Part shown: piece after piece, positions 1 to 7,888 of the stretch
Layout: each line of letters starts with the position of its first letter
Position numbering within the stretch: the stretch's first letter is position 1
Source of the DNA: a bacterium
GTDB taxonomy: Bacteria > SAR324 > NAC60-12
Assembly (NCBI GenBank): GCA_965233585.1
Contig: CBDDTI010000380.1
Span: forward strand, 1-21,710
Length of the DNA: 21,710 nt
Reading direction: 5' to 3'
The notes under the pieces: generated by a model
The model's input: only the letters and a program-made list of their open reading frames with translations
The model's database searches: none
Told to the model about the DNA's origin: nothing
Program-made: the position numbers and the translations under genes

Positions 1-190
1 TCTTTTAGGTAGTTTCTTTGCGAAGATGAGATCATTTACACGTTTTGGTTGCAAAGTTTCAATTTGCCGGCAAAATACAGAGCTTATGACCGTTTCCATG
101 GCAATGGTCCGTATGGCAAAATCCCAACCAAGAAAGAACCAATCAGAATGCACGGATTTACCTCAAGACTATCTTGCCATATATAATAAA
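1..190. repeat. End of an interspersed repeat (MITE-like), truncated by window start
   Basis: CCGTATGGCAAAATCCC..AAGAAAGAACCAATCAGAA..GGATTTACCTCAAGACTA.CTTGCCATAT.ATAA resembles a recurrent cnidarian repeat end (recall only, not searched); non-coding. Confidence 0.4.
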
Positions 191-539
191 CAATAATAAT
201 GGTAATGATAATGATAATAAGAAAATTGACTGAGGCATGGCCATTGTCAATAAAAAAAGCAGCAGACTACGTTTGTTCAGGATGTGTAAGAAATAAGAAA
301 GGTATTAAAATGGTTTCAGCTCAAAACAGTATGATATCAGCTCAAGTTGCAAAAAACCTACAAGATCTAATCCAAATAAATTTCTATCGGTAATGTTTGC
401 AACAGAAGAGAACCAAAAATCCATCATGCTGTATTAATAAATTCCTTATTTTACCACAAATTATGTGCTCGTTGGCACTCTATCGACAGGTATAGCTAGT
501 ATAAAACAACTATTTTGTATCTAAATTCCTTCTACTCAT

Positions 540-746
540 ATTCTTGTTTTGGGTCACCTACTCGGATAGTTCCACGAACTATTTAGGTGTCCCGAACTCT
601 GCAAATGAACCCACAATTGACATTATTCTTTCCCTTCCCAATCTCTCGATTATTTTTTTTTTAATTTTTTTTTTTAAAGCACTAATTTGTATTGATTTAT
701 AATTTCTGTGTGAGTTTAAATAAAAATTGACTTGACTTGACTTGAC
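540..746 (+). mobile_element. Probable 3' tail of a LINE remnant ending in AATAAA and (TTGAC)4
   Basis: AATAAA at 719-724 followed by four TTGAC units (727-746), a tail architecture typical of CR1/L2-type LINEs. Left boundary approximate. Confidence 0.4.
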
Positions 747-1020
747 AAATTGACGTCAGTTTTTCTTGCGTCTGTCCTGTTGTTGATCATATATTTCGTC
801 ATAACATTGTCAAATTAAAGTAACTGTGGATCCACCAGCGGATAACCGATTGGAATTCATTGTCAATAACAGGACAGACGCATGAAAAACTAATATCGAT
901 TTGTTTTTTACGATATCAAATTGTCGCATCGCATAAATTATAAATTCATGTGTCTGTCCGCTTATTGACGATAACAATTAGCCAACAAGCGCGCGAGAAT
1001 TTCTGCAGTTATCGTAAAAT
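745..1020. repeat. Palindromic (fold-back) interspersed repeat in anoctamin intron
   Basis: Arm ACAAATTGACGTCAGTTTTTCTTGCGTCTGTCCTGTTGTTGA (745-786) is an imperfect reverse complement of TCAATAACAGGACAGACGCATGAAAAACTAATATCGATTTGT (863-904); a partial third copy lies near 945-975. Confidence 0.7.
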
Positions 1021-1151
1021 TGTTAACTGACTTTCCAGTGTGATCACAAGTAAAAAAAACTGGAGAATTGGCAAGGAAGTTTGGTTGCAGAATTAGTTCA
1101 CGCAGAATTCAGAGACATCCCAAATTCCAAATTAACTACTAATACTAGCTA

Positions 1152-1453
1152 TTATTATTCAACAAATTGTAACACTATCCAAATATGGTCATGATGCTCT
1201 CGATATCTGTCATCCGTAGGTAACAGATATCCGGCGATATACGTAGCTCCGTACGTGGGAAGAAAAAGTGAAGTGAAAAAATGTCGACAGAAAGATTTAA
1301 AAGCGTTACGAGTTTTGTTATCAATTTGTTGAATAATAAAACAATTATCCTGCTCAATCTCGCGGAATATCGTCTGATTTTAGCCGACGAGGCCTACGGT
1401 CTCGTCGGCTAAGTATCAGACGATATTCCGCGCGATTTCGCAGGATAATTGTT
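1152..1453. repeat. Composite palindromic repeat with two sets of inverted arms
   Basis: TTATTATTCAACAAATTG (1152-1169) is the exact reverse complement of 1322-1339. 1340-1453 is a ~114-nt imperfect hairpin (AACAATTATCCTGC...TAGCCGACGAG / CTCGTCGGCTA...GCAGGATAATTGTT). Confidence 0.8.
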
Positions 1454-1493
1454 AATTGTACGTTGTTGTGAGACGGCTGTGATTGTATTTCAG

Positions 1494-1626
1494 ATTTCGA
1501 GGATATTACGAGCGGCCACTGCTAACGTTTGGAAACCAGACCTTTCCAAACCCTAAATCTTGCCAATTCTCTACAGCTTACTGGCACACTCTGGCAGCCA
1601 AACTGTTTTTTGTTGTGGCATTCTTG
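1494..1626 (+). CDS. Anoctamin (TMEM16 family) penultimate coding exon
   Basis: TTTCAG acceptor ending at 1493 and GT donor at 1627. Translates (R)FRGYYERPLLTFGNQTFPNPKSCQFSTAYWHTLAAKLFFVVAFL, matching the anoctamin CRYxxY...YWxxLAxxLxFVxxF motif of the last TM helix. Splices in phase 0 to the next exon. Confidence 0.88.
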
Positions 1627-1727
1627 GTGATTACTTGATTTCATGATTCATTAGATCAGAAATTAATTTATCCTTTGACTTATTTTGTAGATTTTATAGC
1701 AACGAATTCAAGGTAGTAAAGTTTTTA

Positions 1728-1873
1728 TATGAGCCAAGCATCAGGCGGAGGCTTATCCCGGTTTCTATAGCACGGAGCAACCAGGAGTATTTCTACTCCC
1801 CCGTTGGATCGTCGGGGTTACCCCCAGCATTGAAATACTCAATCTGGATTCCAATGCACTAACCATACAGCTA
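1728..1873 (-). mobile_element. Degenerate, internally deleted tRNA-derived SINE in anoctamin intron
   Basis: Minus strand starts with a tRNA A-box-like head (TAGCTGTATGGTTAGTGCATTGGAATCC). Body GCTTATCCCGGTTTCT.TAGCA..GGAGTATTTCTACTCCCCC..GGGGTTACCCCCAGCA resembles a common invertebrate SINE core (recall). Confidence 0.6.
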
Positions 1874-2087
1874 TAATGTAGTGCAGCAATGAGACAATAT
1901 TAGAGGACGCGCATTGCTTAGGGCTTCAGATTTTTTATTGCATCAAGTCATGTGATCATCAAAGTTAAGATTGGAGTGTACACTTAGAATAAATGGAAGT
2001 CACACTCTTTCTTGGCTTCAAACAAAACACAAATATAACTAACATGGATGCATTGTTTTTAATTTGTTATCTTGTCACTTTGAACAG

Positions 2088-2270
2088 CACATTGTGTTCG
2101 GCATGACGGCAATTTTGACCTGGATTATCCCGGATGTTCCAAAAGAAGTTGCAAACCAAGTCAAGAGAGAGAACTTTCTTGCTCGCGAAGCCTTGCGGTC
2201 AGCGGATCAGTACGACTCAGGTTCTCCTGAACCTCCTAAAGACCATCGTGGGGAGAATGATTTGCTATAA
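2088..2270 (+). CDS. Anoctamin (TMEM16 family) terminal coding exon
   Basis: CAG acceptor ending at 2087; HIVFGMTAILTWIIPDVPKEVANQVKRENFLAREAL...DLL* contains the anoctamin C-terminal IPDVP...KRE motif. Paralogue cannot be determined. Confidence 0.92.
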   Translation, partial: HIVFGMTAILTWIIPDVPKEVANQVKRENFLAREALRSADQYDSGSPEPPKDHRGENDLL

Positions 2271-2502
2271 AACACATTGCCATGGCTGGAAGGATTTTGC
2301 ATTGAGTGGTTTTGGACACTAGATGGGTGCATTGTTCGGATTTTGTACTTGCTCACCCTAATAATACAGTCGTAGAATAATATGCTATAAAACGCATTGC
2401 CATGGCTGAAAGTATTTTGCATTGAGTGGTTTTGGGCACTAGATAGGTGTATTGTTTGGATTCTTTTTTACTCTCTCATCCTAATAATACAGTCGTAGAG
2501 TA
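2263..2502 (+). repeat. Two-copy ~120-bp tandem duplication spanning the stop codon and 3' UTR
   Basis: TGCTATAAAAC.CATTGCCATGGCTG...CCTAATAATACAGTCGTAGA starts at both 2263 and 2383, with scattered substitutions. Confidence 0.9.
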
Positions 2503-3969
2503 TTTTGAAGGAGCTCAGCCACTTGATTTTGGATTTATTTTGGCCACGAACAAAATCACCTTTAAAATTGAAGGGAACTTGAAAATAAAAGTCTACCATT
2601 AGAGAAAAAACTCCAAAGAGATAATAACAAACCATAAAGGAACGAGGATGGTTAAGGTTGGAGAAGATTAACGCGGATTTCAAACGACGAACTAGAAAAA
2701 TTTAGGCTAAACTTTTCAAGATGCGCAAAACAGTGACTCAGCTCTTTTAAGTTGTCAATTAATCGTTTAATAAGTATTACGATGCACTTTTGGCCAAGAT
2801 GTAAGAAGCTCTTACCTTCAGTGACCACAAACGTAAATAGGTACACTGAATCAACCAAATTAAATCGCTACAGTAGAAAATTTGATTTACACATTTTATT
2901 TTATACCGCACCCAACGTTCTAAAATGTGACTCAAGCAAATTGAAGGAAAATACTATTTTTGAGCCATGTGGTCGATGTAAAGAGAGTTTTGTAGCAGTA
3001 AGACGGATCATCGTCATATGATAGCATTTTATTCGCGGGTCTGTATGAGTAATAATGTAAATGTATCTAAAATTACCTCTTTCTGATGCTATTAAGAAAC
3101 TAACAGCGAAAGGAAAGATATCTGTAGAAACGGCCAATGTTAATGTATGTTGGAATTTGTGGAGCTGTCCATAATGTGATGATGTTTAGAACAGATTAAA
3201 AAATTATTTTTGAGCCATGTGGTCGATGTAAAGAGAGTTTAGATGTTTAGAACAGATTGAAACAGGCTTTCCACTTTTTTGCGAGGAGGAGAAAATAATT
3301 TATATAGCGTCCCATTGCCGAAGCAAAATATTACTTAACAAGAGAGAAACGTGATTGCAAGCTAAACTATAAGTATTAGCTAGTATTATATTCATTTGGC
3401 TGTATCATTACATGAAGCTTGCTTCTTTTGGCTCCGGCAATTTTGAAAGAGCCCTGTTGGTGAATAATCTTTACACATGTATTAATTTTCAAATTGTAAA
3501 CCTTATTAATCCTTTGATAATTCACAGGATTGATAAATTTTGTAGCTCTTTTGAAGATGATTGCCAGTCCATACTGCGCAGTCTCAGCACTCTAATGTTT
3601 GTGAGCCTCACACGATGAAATGCGAATTGATGTTATTCGTCACGAACCGCTTACCTTATTTTTGAGGCGCATTTTAAATTCTTTTTCCAGCAGTTTCCTT
3701 GAGTTTTACAGCTATGAAGTTTTTTGATGAAGTGATGTCAGAAAGAATTAAGCATGAAGCTTCGCATCGTAATGGCGGTTTACATGAAACTTTGAATTTA
3801 CTTTATGTAAGTAGATGCGAAATGCTACATTTTGTGACATCTTACACGAAACAAAAACAAAAATCGTAAACAAACTCTCGAGAGTGCGCAGAACGGACTG
3901 GAAATCATCTTTAAAGGTAACGAACGGAAGTTTTGTGTTTAACATTAGTGGGTGATAATCTTCTGGCTG

Positions 3970-6900
3970 TTTTTTTTTTTTTTTTTTTTTGTTTTTGTTT
4001 TTTTGTTTTTTTTTATTCTCTTACATGAATTACAATTTACACTAAAACGGCAAAAACATAACAACACATTTACATATCTACACGTTACAATCTACATGCT
4101 GTGAGAAAAACTAAGAATTACGTAGAACTAAGTATTACAATACGCTACTTACATTGATGTCCAGTGATTACATACGCTTCCTACGTCGAATTGTATTTAC
4201 CTATTGTTATTTGACACTGTGTTCTATTTGTTGTTTTATATACTTATTACGGCGTACCTTATATACACATTACGTTACCTAAGGACTTAAGGACGAGATA
4301 CCGGCATTTTGTACTTATGGGAAAGAGAGAGAAAAAAAAAAAAAAAAAAAACGCAGCAAAATAATGGGCACGCTTTAATTGGTGAGAAGGAATTTCCACT
4401 TCTGTTGAAATCCCCTCTCATCATTACACGTGGCTGCAATGTATTTTTCTATTTCGATTTTATCTTGCACCAATGAGATGAAGTCGCTGAAAGCGAATGT
4501 AGTTTTATTTAGCGCGTTGATATAAAGAAAATATTTGCCTAGCATTATGAGGTTGTTGAGGGCCAAGCGGTGCGTACAGGGACGAGTAACGCCAAATAAT
4601 ATCTCTGGTTCGGAGAGAAGTAAATTCGCATCACTTACGGCAGAATACCAGCTTTTGAACTTATTCCAAAAACAAGATGCTTGTGGGCAGCTAATAAACA
4701 AATGATGTATATTTTGACTATCAGAGGGACAGTAAGGACAGGACGGGGAGGCAACCTTTTTCATTTTGTATAAAATACTGTTCGTGGTTAAAATATTGTG
4801 TATAATCTTGTGCTGAAATATTGCTAACTTAACTTCTTTTGTGGCTTTGAACGGTAGAAGGTAGATTTTATTTAAATTCTCTTTTGTAATACCGTACGAT
4901 AGGAGTTTTTTTTCTGAGGTGGGAGGAGGAAGATTTTGAAGAGTTAACAGTTTGCCATATAACATCTTGCACGTTATAGTACAGGTTTGCAGCGGGGGTG
5001 AAATAGGGACACCAGAATTAGTGTAAAGGAGCTTCTTCCAACTTTTAGGGATCGCGGATATGAGAGCATGGTATTGTAAAAAGTTGCAAGTTAACGTATA
5101 TTTATTGCGCAAAGAAAGGAAAGGCAGGAAGCAATTTTCATTCTCGTCAAACAGGTCTGAAATTTGCTTTATTCCTGCTCGGTGCCAAAGAGGCAGATAT
5201 ACCATTTTTTTGTCAATCGTAATGAATTTATTGTTCCATATTGTCTGAGACAATATCTCGGTCTTGCTGCGAGGTGTCATAGACACGATTTCTTGCCAAT
5301 GATGAATAATTTGTTTGTAAAATTCCGGAAGATGGCCATTAAGATCAAGAAGGTTACAATCGTAATTGCATTGAAAGAGGTCACGATTTCCTCAAGAGAG
5401 GAACGATTTTGGAATATACTTGGTCACGATTTCTCAAGAGAGGAACGATTTTGGAATATACTTCCACGGGGCGTCTGAGGCGGAGCACAGCCGTTTTACC
5501 CAAGTTAATTTCAAAGCCTTATCGAAAAGAACAAAATCTTTCATACCAAGACCGCCATCTACTTTTTTCTTAATAAGGGTTGTCCTTTTTATCTTGGCGG
5601 GTTTTTGCTTCCAGATAAAGTCAAACGCTATTTTATTAACCTCTGTTGCAAAGTTTTGGGGGGTCTCCATAACGCTGGAGATGAATACAAGTTTGGAGAG
5701 GGCTAATGTTTTAACGATATTTATTCTACCGTATATAGATAGGTCTCTTTGGGACCAAACACTTAAGGTTTTCTTTAGGGAACCTAATTTGTCAAAGAAG
5801 TTTTTCTTATAAGACAATTCAGTATTGTAAGTAAAATGTACCCCGAGCGCATAAACAGGATCATCGCTAATTTGGAGGTTGCAAACTGCGTCGCTCCTGT
5901 GGCGCATGGAGCCAAGCCATAGCATTTCTGATTTTGCCTGATTTATTTTTAGGCCAGAGCACTTTTCATACAATGAGAGTAACTCAAATAAATTAGAAAC
6001 TGACTCGACATCGGTGAGAATGGCAGTTGTGTCGTCAGCATGCTGCGTTAGCTTGACTTCCTCATTCCCTTGGATATATAAACCCTTGATGTCGTTTGAC
6101 CGTCTTATACTTTGGGCAAGAAGTTCCATAGCAATAACAAAGAGTGTGCCTGAAAGGGGACAACCCTGACGGACACCGCGTTCCAAGTAGAAGAGTTTGG
6201 AGGCGACGCCATTGTTAACGATACAACTACAGATATCTTTGTAGAACACACTGATCCATTGCCGGAGATTTGGTCCAAAGTTGAAAGATTCAAGACATTT
6301 TTGGATGAAGTCCCATTCAATTGAGTCAAAAGCTTTTTCGAAATCTAAGAAAACAGCTATGCCTGGAATATTTTTAATCTTAGTGAAGTCCATTGTGTCT
6401 GCTATTAGTCTGATACTTTCTCCAATGAATCTACCCTTTACATAGCCGGATTGACAAGGATGTATTATGCTTGGCAGGATCTTTTCCAAGCGAAGAGCAA
6501 TAGTCTTGGTCGCAATTTTGTAGTCCACATTAAGTAGCGATATCGGCCTCCAATTTGTTAGATATTCCCCGTTCTTATTCTTTTTTGGGGTTAAAGAGAT
6601 AATACCTTGCCGTTGAGAGATAGAAAGTGACCCGTGTTGTAGACCATAATTAAAACTGTCTACCATGTATTTGTTTACAGCGTTCCAAAAATAGCGATAG
6701 AATTCTGAAGTGAGGCCATCTGTACCTGGTGTTCTATTGCTTTCCATCGTCATAAGCGCTCGTTCACATTCATCAACTGACATAACACCTTCGCAAGTTT
6801 TTGCAGTCTCTTCTGATAACGCGTTTTCCGCATTAAAGAATTCGATAAACTCTGAGCCGTTCGGATTCGTGTTTCTTGATGTATAGATTTGTTTAAAAAA

Positions 6901-7474
6901 GCGCTCTTCCTCTTCAAGAATCTCTTTCGGGTCAGTTAATTTTGCGTCATCATCGATTTTTAAGGATGTTACATGTTTTTTCCTTTGGTTTGCTTTTTCT
7001 AAATTGTAGAAATACTTACTATTTTTCTCGCCAAATTCATACCATCGCGCCCTACTGCGTATAATGGTGCCACGCGTTTTGACGCTTGCTATTTTTGAAA
7101 GCTTGGTTTTTATTCTTTCTAATTCACTCCTTAGGGAATCGCTGTACTCTGTCTGGAGCTTACACTGCAGTTTGATCATCTCTGACAAAAGGGCATACTC
7201 TTCGTCACGCTTGCTTTTTGCTTTTTTTTTCGAAAATTTTATTGTAAATGCTCTGATTTCCATTTTAATCATTTCCCAGAACAATCCTTTGTCTTCGGTT
7301 TCTTGATGCTTTTTGGCGAACTCTGGAATTAAAAAATTCAATAATTCCACATATTTCGTGTCGGACAGCAACGAGTTATTAAATTTCCAGAATCCGGGCC
7401 CACGAGGGGGTTCCTGTTCGGAGAAAGATATAGATAGGACGACAGCAGAATGGTCAGAATAAATATTTGGGATT
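3970..7474 (-). mobile_element. 5'-truncated non-LTR retrotransposon, L1/Tx1 clade
   Basis: Poly(A) tail (plus-strand T-run ~3970-4014) overlapping AATAAA, ~360-nt 3' UTR, and ORF2 with the end of the APE endonuclease (SDH), RT and a CCHC knuckle. Candidate TSD GCTGTTTTT at 3966-3974 and 9408-9416. Confidence 0.95.
4375..7474 (-). pseudogene. LINE ORF2 (endonuclease remnant, reverse transcriptase, Zn knuckle), interrupted by two in-frame TGA
   Basis: Track ORFs 5434..7491 and 4375..5286 share one frame. Motifs: YSDHSAV, GPGFWKFNNSLL, TPGTDGL, NWRPISLLNVDYKI, LDFEKAFD, GVRQGCPLS, QHADD, CPYC..HLFISC. Stops at 5434-5436 and 5392-5394 lie in a 42/43-bp tandem duplication (5379-5463). Confidence 0.93.
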
Positions 7475-7766
7475 AAAGTAATTTGTCCCATAGTAGCAAT
7501 TGAGTGATAACGGTCATTAATGCAAGTGCGGCCGTAACACTACTTGAACAGAGACCTGAAAAAATTTTCAGGCTCTGAGCGGGATTCGAACCCACGACCT
7601 CTGCGATGCCAGTGCAGTGCTCTCCCAGAGCCTGAAAATTTTTTCAGGTCTCTGTTCAAGTAGTGTTACGGCCGCACTTGCATTAATGACCGTTATCACT
7701 CAATTGCTACTATGGGACAAATTACTTTCATCTTTACTGTACTTGGGCCAAGTCTAAACGTCCCCA

Positions 7767-7772
7767 TATAAA
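7767..7772 (+). promoter_or_regulatory. TATA-like box 31-36 nt upstream of each tRNA-like head
   Basis: TATAAA at 7767-7772, repeated in every unit at a spacing compatible with TFIIIB/TBP binding. Function is inferred. Confidence 0.4.
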
Positions 7773-7802
7773 GGGCTAACTCACATACGACCGCTCTCAT
7801 GT

Positions 7803-7876
7803 GGCTTTGATAGCTCAGTTGGGAGAGCACTGCACTGGCATCGCAGAGGTCGTGGGTTCGAATCCCGCTCAGAGCC
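7803..7876 (+). tRNA. tRNA-like sequence with anticodon GGC (probably tRNA-derived ncRNA or pseudo-tRNA); further full copies at 8047, 8291, 8548, 8792, 9036
   Basis: Cloverleaf: GGCTTTGA/TCAGAGCC acceptor (8 bp), GCTC/GAGC D-stem, CTGCA/CGCAG anticodon stem (A-C mismatch), loop CTGGCAT, GTGGG/CCCGC T-stem with TTCGAAT. A box TAGCTCAGTTGG, B box GGTTCGAATCC. Confidence 0.75.
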
Positions 7877-7882
7877 TGAAAA

Positions 7883-7888
7883 TTTTTT
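7883..7888 (+). terminator. RNA polymerase III terminator (T6) after each full tRNA-like head
   Basis: TTTTTT starting 7 nt after the acceptor stem, within the small palindrome CCTGAAAATTTTTTCAGG. Confidence 0.6.

Noticed and set aside
5392..5436. Selenocysteine or programmed readthrough at the in-frame TGAs
   Set aside because: Both stops lie in a local duplication scar, and no SECIS-like element was recognised.
5060..7306. Short ORFs overlapping the LINE (5060, 5164, 5420, 6105, 7064)
   Set aside because: Antisense or alternate-frame shadows of ORF2.
7803..7876. Bona fide tRNA-Ala gene cluster
   Set aside because: No G3:U70, a GGC anticodon atypical of eukaryotes, an anticodon-stem mismatch and rearranged array ends; kept only as tRNA-like.
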